From: Kiritimatiellia bacterium
GTDB lineage: Bacteria; Verrucomicrobiota; Kiritimatiellia; RFP12; JAAYLN01
DNA length: 62,263 nucleotides
Direction: 5' to 3'
Assembly: GCA_017509565.1 (NCBI GenBank)
Contig: JAFWPM010000069.1
Location: forward strand, 1-62,263
Below, one piece after another: positions 1 to 10,256 of this stretch; the stretch's first letter is position 1; every line of letters starts with the position of its first letter. The position numbers and the translations under genes were made by a program. Under the pieces are notes generated by a model. That model saw only the letters and a program-made list of their open reading frames with translations, ran no database searches and was not told the origin of the DNA.

Positions 1-1
1 C

Positions 2-3000
2 GGCGGATGCACGGCTCTGACGAACATCGTGTTCGGCTCGTCGCTTACGGCGATGTACGGCTCGTTCTGCCGTTGCACGGCTCTGGAGCGCGTGGTTCTC
101 CCGGATTCGCTCGTGACGCTCGGCGCGGACTCGTTCTTCGGTTGCACGAGGCTTGGTTCGGTGGTGTTGGGACGAAATGTGGAGACGATAGGCGGTTATG
201 CTTTCGGCAACTGCCCCTGCCTGCGATATCTGCACTTCCGCAGCGATCCGCCTGCGACAGTCGGGGACAATGCGTTCGACAGCATGAAGTCCGCCGCCGT
301 AATATTCCGCGAGGACGATAACACCGAATGGCCGAAGACCTGGCGCGGCTACGCCGTGAAGCCAGCAAGCGAAATCACGGCAGATGTCGACGCCCCATAC
401 GATATGGTGTTCCACAAGTTCAACGACTGGCCGTCCTCGTTCTTCCTCACAACCGATACGAATTCCCTGGAGGCGACGACAAGATTCCTTGCAGGAGATC
501 CGATCTATTGTGCGATTGCGTTCCGTGACGCATGGGGCGACATTGAACTTTTGGAGGATGTCACCAATATACTTTATGTCAGTGGCGTGGCGGAGACTGG
601 CATGATTTGGATACAAAAGGGCTGGACGGCAGGTAAGCCAGGATCGGGCATCTTTGCCAGCCGCCCGCTCCAGAACCTTGCCCCTGGCGAATATACTGCC
701 ACTTGGGTACTCAACGAGCCGCGATCCGTTCGCGAGACCAATTACGCGAACAACACGAACTCCCTCACGTTCACGGTTGTGCCGTCCACGGCCGTGACCT
801 TCATATCAGAAGGCGATGTTGTAGCCACAAAGAACTTCGAGAAAGGCGGAACGTACGGGACGCTTCCGGCAGCGCCCTCGCGCCCATACTATGACTTCAC
901 CGGATGGTTTACTGCGGCAAATGACGGCGAAATCGTCACGGACTCGTCAAAAGTCCCCGACGATCCCATATCCCTCTACGCGCACTGGCAGTTCCACCCG
1001 ACGCAGATAAATCATGTGAGCGGCATCATATCCGCCAACAAAACTTGGCGCATCGGCGATATTTATATCGTGGATGACAACCTTACGATCGCGAGCGGCT
1101 CGACACTCGTACTGGAACCTGGCGTGATCGTGAAGTTTGCCGCCGGGAAATCGCTCACAGTCAACAGCGGAGCAACGCTCTCCGCCATAGGCACCCGTGC
1201 GCTTCCAATCGTCTTTACCTCCATAAAAGATGACGCCAACGGTGGCGACACCAACGGCGACGGCGGCGCGACAACCGCGCAACCCGGCGACTGGGCGAGG
1301 ATTCTTGTCCACGGCAATGCCACGATGGACTATTGCTCTCTGCTGTATGGCTCCCTTGGCAGCGGCACAGATGACATTTTGACCGTGGATGGAGGCTCCG
1401 TGCGCTTCTCCAACGGCAAGATGATGAACATCGGCAAGTATGCCGTTGGCCTTGAAAGCGGGTATTTCCACATGAACAATTCGGTCATAGCAGAGGCGTA
1501 TTGCGCTTTCCGCCATTGGCCGTCTGATCCAATAGTCAATAGCGTAATCTACAACTGCAACCGCCTGTCGAACAACAACGGGCAGAAACTCTACAACTGC
1601 ATAATTGTCGGCGTGAACGAGGCCTGGGACTGGAGTTCAGGAAAAGGCAACACGTATAGGAACTGCGTGTTCTGGAATGAAGCGGGATTCGGACTTCAGA
1701 AACTCCCCGGTTCCGCAACTTCGGCCAATGGCAATATTTGGGCAAATCCGCTCTTCATCGATCCCGCCAGCGGCGACTTCCGCATTGCGGCCAACTCCCC
1801 GTGCATCGACGCAGGTGACGGAACCGTAGCGCCGGAACTCGACTACTATGGCCTTGCGCGGCGCGACGTGGCGAAGGTGACGGACAGCGGCGTGCCGAAT
1901 GCGGCCGGCGTCTGTCCCGACATCGGCATCCACGAGGTCATCTGGGACGGTGACAAATCCCCATACGACATCGCGCCAACGGCGGTTTCCGTCGACAAGA
2001 CGGCGGCCAGGGTCGGCGACCAAATAACCGTTTCCTGGACAATCAGGAATCTCGGGACGGAGGATGTCGTCGGCGGATGGCACGATGCGGTCAGCCTCAT
2101 TTCGTCGTCCGGACAGAGCGTCCAGTTGGGCGAGGTCGTAACCACATACCCGCTCAAGCGTGGCCATGTTGTGAACGTGAAAGGCACGTTCACCATACCC
2201 GCGCTTCCCGAAGGGACGTGGCAAGCGCGCGTGAACACGAACAACCGCCGCTCCGATATGCCGGAAGGGCGCAACACGGCGAACAACGTCCTGACGGCCG
2301 AGCAGGGAATCGCGATTTCTGTCGATGCGACACCGTATGCCGGCGGTGCGTCCGGAACGCTCTCCGCCGGAAGCGGCACGGTCGTGAAGTTCACGTTCCC
2401 CGCCGGAACGGCAGGGCAGATCGCCCGCGTCAGCGTCCCCGCCGGATTGAAGATATCCTATGGTCTTGGTTTCATGCCGCAGGGCGCGTATGCGTCCGGC
2501 ACGATGACGGCGAATGAAAACGGCGAGGCCATGTTCCACGTCCCAGCCGGAACGACCGAAGTCTATCTCGTGATGGACGACGCACAGAGCGATGGGCAGC
2601 CCTACTCCGTGGCGTTCGAGGAAGGAGAATTGGCTATTCTGTCTGTCTCGCCCAGCACCGTGCCGTCGAGTGGAAGTGTCTCGATAACCATCGACGGAGC
2701 CGGATTCAGTCAAAACACAACGGTTTCGTTCGTGTCCGACGCGTATGCGCTGGATGCGCAGAATGTCCGTTGCGTGTCCGCCGAGCAGTTGGTTGTCACA
2801 TTTGACGGAAGCGAATGGGATGGTGGCAGCATGGTGTCGCTCCGCCTTGATGGCGGCGCCGCCGAATTGGCAAATGCATTTACTGTTGAAAACACGCAAG
2901 GGAATGCGGATTTGGTGGCGAAGCTGATTCTTCCTGACAGCATAAGGGAACGCCGCATAGTGACAGGATGGATTGAAGTTGAAAATAAAGGGAATGTTGA

Positions 3001-6000
3001 TGCTGAACTGCCATTTTACTTCATTTCGTCTACAGGTGGTTATGAATTTAATTACGCCGGTTTTGAAGTAGGATGGCGTGATAATTTATTCATTATTGCA
3101 GTAGATTCCAATGAAAGAGTATTTGTTGGTGCCGGAGAAAAATATAGAATCCCATTTTTCGTTAGGGCTATTTCGCAGATAGTTGGCGATTGTTTACTTT
3201 CGGAACTGGATGAATCTAAAAGTTTGAACATGGCGGCAGTATGTACTCAAATGAATTGGGATGTCTCCGACAATGACTTGATGGCGAATGTGACACGGCT
3301 TTGCGGTGGCACTTGGTTTGATTTTGCATCTAATGTTAGACGTTACCTGCATGATCATCCGATAGGAGCATACTATTCGGGATCTGTTGAAAAGATAGTA
3401 GCAGATTATCTGATATATAATTCGGCGGGGGTTCCTATAGTAGGAAGACTCTTTGACAACAATGGTTCTGTTATTGCAGATTGTCAAGATGTTATGCTAT
3501 GTATGGAAAGTGAAGACGCAAATCCGATCATTATAGCCCAGACACATACCGATGCGAATGGTTTTTACTATTTTCCTGGCCTTTCAAATGGCGTTTATTC
3601 TGTCGAAATTCCGACTTATACCTTGCATGAAAATGGTTTGATTTTATCTGGTAAAGGAATGGTTCATGATGTATTTGCCAATAAGGGTAATACCGTTGAA
3701 GTTCGAGGTTCTGTTTCGCGTAGCGACCTTTGCGATGGTGCAAACATGGTGATTTATGCTATAAATGAGCACTTAGGCTACTATCGCGAGATTCAAGTGA
3801 CCAACAACGAGTTCTCAGCCAGATTCCCGGCATTATGCAATGGAGAATGGCGTTTTGGCCTAAGCCTCAACAATTCAACAATGTGTGAAATGTCTACGAA
3901 TCTTTTCGCGCAAGAAACCATTGTGTCATTGCCAGAAGTGGATTTTCTGACGGTGCGTGGACGAGTTCTAGAAAACGGCAATGTAGTCAACGATTATACT
4001 GTAAACAGTGCGTCAATGATTGGCGCGCCAGTTGTCAATGCAGATGGATCATTTTCGTTTGTAATGTTGAAGCAGACAAATGAAGTTGATGAAACACTAT
4101 TCTTTTATCGTGATAATAGTCAGTATGCGCAAAATAAGTTCGCTGTCAATGCAAATGAATCAGAACTAGATTTGGGGGATCTTGTTTTGCCGACACTGGT
4201 GCATGTCAGAGGGCTGGTTTATGAGATGGACGAATCACCCGTTTGCGGAGAATTAATCATGATCTGTGATTCAAATGGTGTTTCTCGTGTTGTTTCATTG
4301 TCTGAGACAGGGGCGTTTGACTTTTTCATAAGAGAGGGATTATATGCTATTGTCTTCACTGAAGAATATGAAAGTGTGGGAATCCAAGTTAGTCAGGGCA
4401 TGGATGATGTCGTAGTTCATAAGAAGCCAATTAACATGCAAGCGTTGGCAACAGCAAAGGCATTTAATAAAGAAATTAGTTTGATGTCATCAGGGAACGA
4501 TTTGTCTCGTGCATCCATAGCCGAGTTCAAAGAAACGGAAGAATACTTGTTTATGTTAGCGTGGGCTTTCCCGGCTGAACCGCGAGATTTATTGCGCTTT
4601 TATTTGGGGGATGATGGTGTTGAAGTGAGGAAAATACAGAAAATATACACAAATGATCATCCATGGGAGTTTAAACCCAATAGCAGGCTTTCTCAAGAGG
4701 CAAAATCAACAGATGATCCATTCTTTGCGAAACCCTATAAAGACATAAAGGGTTCCATTTATGGATATCTTCAAGACCATTGTTCATTTGATTCTTGTTC
4801 GCTGAAGAAAGGCGAAAAACCGAATCTTGACAGTAGTTTTAGATTGGAGTTTCAGCCTGCGGATGGGAAAGTCCCTAAACAGGACTTTCTCAAGGCCGTA
4901 AGAAAACCATTGTTCTTGTCTTTTGGTGGAATGAGTTATGAGCAACCTGGGGATATCGCACTAAAAATCAATGACGTTACGAGAACCCAAGACGATAGTG
5001 GCGAAACCGCAACATATCATTTTGATGTGACATATCATGGTAAAGATAAGTACGATTTTAAAGGCCACACCTTGCCAGGTCCTTCAGTCGAGGGATTTGT
5101 ATTTATAAATGGAGAATGGATTCCTATACTTGGAACACGAACATATAGGTTGGGCATACTGGAAGCGGCAAATCCTCAATGGGCTATTCCGTTCTGGACG
5201 GAACTTCAGATACAAGATAACTTTGAAGTCACGATTACGAAAGAAAAGCCCGATCCGCCTAAGACCCCAAAAGACCGCAGGCATCCCACAGTTCCCCAAT
5301 CCTGCGATCCGAACGAGATGGTCGGGCCAGAAGGGACTGGCGAAGCGCGGTATGTGCAACCCGGCGAGTGGATGACCTACACCATCTACTTCGAGAACAA
5401 GACGAACGCGACGGCCGCCGCGCAGGAGGTCTATGTCTCCGATGCGCTGAGCGACTGCCTCGACTGGTCAACCTTCGAGATGGGCGAAATCGCCTTCGGC
5501 AACCAGATCGACCTCGGCCTCTCCGGCATGAGGAACGGCACCAGCGACGCCACGATGGAGGGGACCAACTTCATCGTGCGGACATCGCTCTCGCTGGACG
5601 AGACGACCGGTCTGGCCACTTGGTATCTCCGCATTGTCGATCCTTCGGACGACTCGACATGGCCCGCCGATCCATACGCCGGGTTCCTCCCGCCCAACAA
5701 CCCCGAAACCCATTGCGGCGAAGGGCACCTCACCTACCGCGTCAAGGTGCGCGAGGACGCCGATCCTGGCGCCCGCATCGACGCGGCGGCGACCATCGTC
5801 TTCGACTACAATGCACCCATCATCACCGACCCGGCGTGGTGGAATACCGTCGCCGCCCCGGCGAGGATTGCTTTCAGCGCCAACGGCGGCACGGGGTCGA
5901 TGGATGGAGTCTTCGCAGACTACGAGGGCAGGGCCGCGCTCCCGGCAAATTCCTTCAAGCGCGCGGACTACGCCTTTGCCGGCTGGGCGACGTCCCCTGG

Positions 6001-6832
6001 CGGCAAGGCCGTCTACAAGGACAAGTGGTCCGGCGCAACTGGCCTCGCCTGGGGCGACACGCTGACCCTCTACGCCGTATGGACGCCGACGACCTACACG
6101 GTCAAGTTCTCCGCGAACGGGGGGAAGGGGACTATGGCGGCCCAGAAGTTCTCCCGTGGCGCGACTTCAGCGCTGCGGGCAAATGCATTTGCCCGTTCCG
6201 GCTACACGTTCATCGGATGGTCGAAGAGCGCCTCCGGGGCCGTGGCCTACGCCAACAAGGCGAAGGTCAGGAACCTCGCCGCCGCCGGCAAGACCGTGAC
6301 GCTCTACGCGCAGTGGGCGAAGAGCAAATACACCGTCAAGTTCAACGCCTACGGCGGGAAGCTGCCGAAGGGCAGGAAGATGGCGGCGCAGACGTTCAAG
6401 TACGGAACGGCGGCGAAGCTGACGAAGAACGCCTTCACGCGGAAGGGCTACGTCTTCGCCGGCTGGGCGACGAGCAAGGCCAATGCCAAGAAGGGCGTCA
6501 TCGCCTACGCAAACGCGCAAAGCGTAAAGAACCTGCGCGTGGACGGCAAGGCGGTGACCCTCTACGCGGTCTGGGCGAAGCCGAAATACAAGGTGGCCTT
6601 CTACGCCAACGGCGGCAAGGGCGCGACTGTAGTCCAGACGCTGAAATACGGCAAGGCCGCGAAACTCGCGAAGTGCAAGTTCAAGGCGCCGAAGGGGAAA
6701 AAGTTCGCCGGCTGGGCGACGAGCGCCGCGAATGCCAAGGCCGGCAAGGTGAAATACAAGAACGCGCAGGCGGTCAAGAACCTCATCATAACAGGCAAGA
6801 CGGTCAAGCTCTACGCCGTGTGGAAGAAGTAA
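2..6832 (+). CDS. Giant multidomain surface protein, 5'-partial: BspA-like LRR, InlB-B (Flg_new) repeat, right-handed beta-helix, CARDB/Ig-like domains, AT-richer variable core, S(C)DPN Ig-like domain, C-terminal Lys-rich InlB-B repeats
   Basis: Frame is open from base 2 (GGCTALTNIVFG...). LRR_5-type 'LPDSLVTLGADSFFGC/VETIGGYAFGNC'; 'NPLFIDPASGDFRIAANSPCIDAG'; CARDB-like 'VSWTIRNLG'; 'SCDPNEMVGP...YTIYFEN'; repeated 'YTVKFxANGG...FAGW...TLYAVW'. Confidence 0.85.
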   Translation, partial: GGCTALTNIVFGSSLTAMYGSFCRCTALERVVLPDSLVTLGADSFFGCTRLGSVVLGRNVETIGGYAFGNCPCLRYLHFRSDPPATVGDNAFDSMKSAAVIFREDDNTEWPKTWRGYAVKPASEITADVDAPYDMVFHKFNDWPSSFFLTTDTNSLEATTRFLAGDPIYCAIAFRDAWGDIELLEDVTNILYVSGVAETGMIWIQKGWTAGKPGSGIFASRPLQNLAPGEYTATWVLNEPRSVRETNYANNTNSLTFTVVPSTAVTFISEGDVVATKNFEKGGTYGTLPAAPSRPYYDFTGWFTAANDGEIVTDSSKVPDDPISLYAHWQFHPTQINHVSGIISANKTWRIGDIYIVDDNLTIASGSTLVLEPGVIVKFAAGKSLTVNSGATLSAIGTRALPIVFTSIKDDANGGDTNGDGGATTAQPGDWARILVHGNATMDYCSLLYGSLGSGTDDILTVDGGSVRFSNGKMMNIGKYAVGLESGYFHMNNSVIAEAYCAFRHWPSDPIVNSVIYNCNRLSNNNGQKLYNCIIVGVNEAWDWSSGKGNTYRNCVFWNEAGFGLQKLPGSATSANGNIWANPLFIDPASGDFRIAANSPCIDAGDGTVAPELDYYGLARRDVAKVTDSGVPNAAGVCPDIGIHEVIWDGDKSPYDIAPTAVSVDKTAARVGDQITVSWTIRNLGTEDVVGGWHDAVSLISSSGQSVQLGEVVTTYPLKRGHVVNVKGTFTIPALPEGTWQARVNTNNRRSDMPEGRNTANNVLTAEQGIAISVDATPYAGGASGTLSAGSGTVVKFTFPAGTAGQIARVSVPAGLKISYGLGFMPQGAYASGTMTANENGEAMFHVPAGTTEVYLVMDDAQSDGQPYSVAFEEGELAILSVSPSTVPSSGSVSITIDGAGFSQNTTVSFVSDAYALDAQNVRCVSAEQLVVTFDGSEWDGGSMVSLRLDGGAAELANAFTVENTQGNADLVAKLILPDSIRERRIVTGWIEVENKGNVDAELPFYFISSTGGYEFNYAGFEVGWRDNLFIIAVDSNERVFVGAGEKYRIPFFVRAISQIVGDCLLSELDESKSLNMAAVCTQMNWDVSDNDLMANVTRLCGGTWFDFASNVRRYLHDHPIGAYYSGSVEKIVADYLIYNSAGVPIVGRLFDNNGSVIADCQDVMLCMESEDANPIIIAQTHTDANGFYYFPGLSNGVYSVEIPTYTLHENGLILSGKGMVHDVFANKGNTVEVRGSVSRSDLCDGANMVIYAINEHLGYYREIQVTNNEFSARFPALCNGEWRFGLSLNNSTMCEMSTNLFAQETIVSLPEVDFLTVRGRVLENGNVVNDYTVNSASMIGAPVVNADGSFSFVMLKQTNEVDETLFFYRDNSQYAQNKFAVNANESELDLGDLVLPTLVHVRGLVYEMDESPVCGELIMICDSNGVSRVVSLSETGAFDFFIREGLYAIVFTEEYESVGIQVSQGMDDVVVHKKPINMQALATAKAFNKEISLMSSGNDLSRASIAEFKETEEYLFMLAWAFPAEPRDLLRFYLGDDGVEVRKIQKIYTNDHPWEFKPNSRLSQEAKSTDDPFFAKPYKDIKGSIYGYLQDHCSFDSCSLKKGEKPNLDSSFRLEFQPADGKVPKQDFLKAVRKPLFLSFGGMSYEQPGDIALKINDVTRTQDDSGETATYHFDVTYHGKDKYDFKGHTLPGPSVEGFVFINGEWIPILGTRTYRLGILEAANPQWAIPFWTELQIQDNFEVTITKEKPDPPKTPKDRRHPTVPQSCDPNEMVGPEGTGEARYVQPGEWMTYTIYFENKTNATAAAQEVYVSDALSDCLDWSTFEMGEIAFGNQIDLGLSGMRNGTSDATMEGTNFIVRTSLSLDETTGLATWYLRIVDPSDDSTWPADPYAGFLPPNNPETHCGEGHLTYRVKVREDADPGARIDAAATIVFDYNAPIITDPAWWNTVAAPARIAFSANGGTGSMDGVFADYEGRAALPANSFKRADYAFAGWATSPGGKAVYKDKWSGATGLAWGDTLTLYAVWTPTTYTVKFSANGGKGTMAAQKFSRGATSALRANAFARSGYTFIGWSKSASGAVAYANKAKVRNLAAAGKTVTLYAQWAKSKYTVKFNAYGGKLPKGRKMAAQTFKYGTAAKLTKNAFTRKGYVFAGWATSKANAKKGVIAYANAQSVKNLRVDGKAVTLYAVWAKPKYKVAFYANGGKGATVVQTLKYGKAAKLAKCKFKAPKGKKFAGWATSAANAKAGKVKYKNAQAVKNLIITGKTVKLYAVWKK

Positions 6833-7039
6833 GTGGCCTTTGAGTGATTTGCTCATGAAGGCGGACGATGAACATTGTCAGGGATAGGAGTCGCAGGAGC
6901 CGGGCTGGATGGATCTCGTTTGCCGGCGTGGCCATTTGGGCCCTCCGGGGCTCGTCTTCAGGATACGGGGATGCTTCAAGCGTGAAGCCGCCGTCAAGGC
7001 CGAGCGCGGTTTACGTCCCCAAGGCGGAGCCAGTCCGCC

Positions 7040-7669
7040 ATGTGGAAAAGCCGGAGCTGGCACCCGAACTCGCCGGACGGCGGCTCCACCCTCTGGGCGC
7101 AGTTCGCGGATAAGATCGCCCGGCTGGCCGAAATCGGAGACAAGGGCGATGACTGCAAGATATGGGATTCCCAGTCGCCTGTCGTGTATTTCCTCACCCA
7201 GGACGAATCCGCGCTCCCTGCGCGCGATTTGGCAAACTATCTGGAATATGCGCTCCGGCGCGACGACCAGGAGGTCGAGCCGAACATCGAGGAGGGCACA
7301 TGGGAGTTCGCAAACGACTACCTCGAAACAATGCGCCCGCTTGCCGATTCCCTATCCCCTGAGGAGGTGGGCGCCCTTGACCGCATAGCCTGCGCCCTCG
7401 ACAAGCTGGTTGACTACGACCCGGCCTTCAACCCGTTCGAGACGGTGGAGGACGACGGCGACGAGCCGGACGAAGAGGACGCCGGCCACCGCGCCGCCCT
7501 TGCCCGGTTTTGCATTCATTCCGGCGTTATGTTAGAATTGAAGCCGCAAACGACAAGAGCGCGACATGGAAAAATACTTCAACATAGCGGGGCCGTGCGT
7601 CCCTGGGGAACACTACATGATACCGGCGCTGGAGCGCCTGCCGGAGGTTGCGCGGCTCATCGACCGTAA
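7040..7669 (+). other. Acidic hypothetical ORF, possibly degraded (start and stop uncertain)
   Basis: About 7070-7480 looks coding and ends in EDDGDEPDEED. The ORF then runs through the next promoter into the next gene, and there is no clear start. Confidence 0.35.
7510..7538 (+). promoter_or_regulatory. sigma70-type promoter
   Basis: TTGCAT-17bp-TAGAAT with a TGn extension, upstream of ATG 7566. Confidence 0.55.
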
Positions 7670-9155
7670 GCAGTCGTTCGTTATCCATGCAGCGAGGCAG
7701 TCCGGGAAGACGACTGCGCTGATGGCGCTGGTGCGCGCCATAAACGAAAAAGGCGAGAAGCGTGCGGTCTATTTCACGCTGGAGGGCGCCCAGCGCTTCC
7801 CGAATCCGCAGGATGGGATTCCGGTAATCGTTTCATCGATGCGTTCCGGGCTTCTGCTACATAGGGTCTTCGGCGATTGGGCGAAGGCGCTTCCGATCAT
7901 TGAGACTCCAAACGGAACTTTTGTCTCAGCGTTCAACGTCAAGGATTTCCTTTCCTCCCTTGCGGTGGCGTCGGACAAGCCGCTTGTCGTTCTCTTCGAC
8001 GAGGTGGACTGCCTTTCGGACGACACGCTGATAACGTTCCTGCGCCAACTTCGCGACGGCATCGTGTCGTCCCGCGCGGTCGACCCTGATTCCTACTTCC
8101 CGTTTCCCGTGTCCGTGGCGCTCGTGGGGATGCGCGACGTCCGCGACTACCTCGCCCATGTGCGCCCCGAGTCTCAGTCGCTCGGCACGGCGGGCCCGTT
8201 CAACGTGAAGACCGAGAGCCTTGGCCTTGCGAACTTCACGCCGGAGGAGGTGGCTTCGCTCTACGTGCAGCACACGGCGGAGACGGGGCAGGTGTTCGAG
8301 GCGGACGCCGTGGCTCGCGCATGGGAGCTCACGCGCGGGCAGCCGTGGCTCGTGAACGCCATCGCGCGGCAGTGCGTCGAGAAACTTCTGAAGTTCGACT
8401 ACTCCAGGCCCGTGACGGCGGCGCTGGTCGAGGAGGCGAAGGAGGCGCTTGTGCGCGAGCGCGGGACGCATGTGGACAGCCTGATGGAGCGGCTGAAGGA
8501 GCCGCGCGTGAGGCGCGTCGTGGAGCCGGTCATCCTCGGCAAGGACTTTTTCTTCTCCGATTTCGACGACGACTACCGCTACGCCATCGACCTTGGACTC
8601 CTGCGCGAGAACGAGAACCACGCGCTTGTCCCCGGCAACCCGATGTATGCCGAAATCATCCTGAGGTACCTTTCGGCGACCGAGCAGAAGCGCTTCTACA
8701 ACGACTACCGCGCTCCATTCTGGCTGAAGGACGATGGTTCTCTTGACATGCAGGCGCTGATGGCGGGGTTCCAGAAGTTCTGGCGCGAGAACAGCGGCGC
8801 GGACCGTGAGGTCTACGGCTACAGGGAGGCGACGCCGCACCTGGTGATGTGCGCCTTCCTCCAGCGTGTCGCGAACGGCGGGGGCCACATCGCGCGGGAG
8901 ATGGCGCTTGGATCGAGGCGCCTCGACCTCTGCCTCGAATACAACGGCGGGCGCTACGCCATCGAGGTCAAGACGGCGGACAACTTCCGGGACCCCGACT
9001 CCTACGCGCAGCTCGCCGGATACCTCGACACACTCGGCCTGACCGAGGGCTGGATGGCCGTCTTTGACACCAAGTCCGACAAGACCTGGGACGAAAAGCT
9101 CTACAACCGCGATGTTGAGTTCAACGGCAAGACGCTGCACGTCGTCGGCCTGTAG
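7566..9155 (+). CDS. AAA-like ATPase with C-terminal PD-(D/E)xK nuclease-like domain
   Basis: Walker A 'AARQSGKTT', Walker B 'VVLFDEVD', C-terminal 'RLDL...YAIEVK...QLAGYL'. Confidence 0.85.
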   Translation: MEKYFNIAGPCVPGEHYMIPALERLPEVARLIDRKQSFVIHAARQSGKTTALMALVRAINEKGEKRAVYFTLEGAQRFPNPQDGIPVIVSSMRSGLLLHRVFGDWAKALPIIETPNGTFVSAFNVKDFLSSLAVASDKPLVVLFDEVDCLSDDTLITFLRQLRDGIVSSRAVDPDSYFPFPVSVALVGMRDVRDYLAHVRPESQSLGTAGPFNVKTESLGLANFTPEEVASLYVQHTAETGQVFEADAVARAWELTRGQPWLVNAIARQCVEKLLKFDYSRPVTAALVEEAKEALVRERGTHVDSLMERLKEPRVRRVVEPVILGKDFFFSDFDDDYRYAIDLGLLRENENHALVPGNPMYAEIILRYLSATEQKRFYNDYRAPFWLKDDGSLDMQALMAGFQKFWRENSGADREVYGYREATPHLVMCAFLQRVANGGGHIAREMALGSRRLDLCLEYNGGRYAIEVKTADNFRDPDSYAQLAGYLDTLGLTEGWMAVFDTKSDKTWDEKLYNRDVEFNGKTLHVVGL

Positions 9156-9185
9156 CGATTAGAACAACAAAAAGGAGACTCAACC

Positions 9186-10238
9186 ATGAAATGCGTTGCA
9201 ATAGGCGACATCTTCATCACGCCCGACATGATGCGCAAGGGCATCGAGGGATTCGACGGCCTGGTTTTCGACCGCGTCGACTACTTCTACTTCGGCCTCA
9301 ACACGAGGCCGGAGATGCGGCACGTCGTCAAGGTCATCGAGACTGGCGGCTTCGAGACGCTCGACCTGCCCGAAGGACTGCTTGAGGCCGTCGCGGACGC
9401 CGATGTGCTGATGTGCCACCTCTGCCCCGTCACGAAGGCGCTGCTCGCCAGGGCGCCGAAGCTCAAGCTCGTCCTCTGCAACCGCGGCGGCCACGAGAAC
9501 ATCGACCTCGCCGCCTGCACGGAGCGCGGCATCGGCGTGATCATGAACCCGAGCCACAACGCCAACGCGGTCGCCGAGTTCACCGTCGGGCTGATGCTCA
9601 ACGAGACGCGCAACATCGCGCGCTCCTGCGCCGCCGTCCAGGCCGGGCAGTGGCGCGAAAAATACCCGAACTCGGCGACGACGATCCATGAGATGAAGGA
9701 CTTCACGATCGGCCTCATCGGCTTCGGCGCCGTCGCCCGCCTGGTCTACGAGAAGCTCCAGGCGTTCGGATGCCGCTTCCTCATCTCCGACCCCTTCGCC
9801 AGCCAGGACTTCATCAACCGCAACATCGCCCGCTTCGTCCCGCTTGAGACCCTGCTGCGCGAGGCCGACATCGTCTCGCTCCACGCGCGCCTGAGCCGCA
9901 AGGCGATTCTCCTGGGCGAAAAGGAGTTCGCCATGATGAAGCCGACGGCCTACTTCATCAACACCGCGCGCTCCTACATGGTGGACTACAAGGCGCTCGC
10001 CGCGGCCCTGAAGTCGGGGACGATAATGGGCGCCTCCGTCGACGTCTTCGACAAGGAACCGGTCGATCCGGCAAACCCGCTCGTCGGCCTCGACAACTGC
10101 ACCCTTACGAACCACCGCGGCGGCGACACCATCAACTCCTATTCCGACAGCCCCGCCGCGATGATGAAGGCCGCCCAGGAGTATCTTGAAGGCGACCGCC
10201 CGCGCTATTGGATCAACCCCGAGGTCAAACGCGCCTAG
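9186..10238 (+). CDS. D-isomer-specific 2-hydroxyacid dehydrogenase (SerA-like)
   Basis: 'NANAVAEF', 'IGLIGFGAVA', 'DIVSLHARL', 'FINTARS', 'DVFDKEP', 'TNHRGG'; RBS AGGAG. Confidence 0.9.
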   Translation: MKCVAIGDIFITPDMMRKGIEGFDGLVFDRVDYFYFGLNTRPEMRHVVKVIETGGFETLDLPEGLLEAVADADVLMCHLCPVTKALLARAPKLKLVLCNRGGHENIDLAACTERGIGVIMNPSHNANAVAEFTVGLMLNETRNIARSCAAVQAGQWREKYPNSATTIHEMKDFTIGLIGFGAVARLVYEKLQAFGCRFLISDPFASQDFINRNIARFVPLETLLREADIVSLHARLSRKAILLGEKEFAMMKPTAYFINTARSYMVDYKALAAALKSGTIMGASVDVFDKEPVDPANPLVGLDNCTLTNHRGGDTINSYSDSPAAMMKAAQEYLEGDRPRYWINPEVKRA

Positions 10239-10256
10239 GGAAGGACACCATTTGCA

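Noticed and set aside
7566-9155. AAA plus nuclease gene as a novel defence system
   Set aside because: A common standalone family with no partner genes here.
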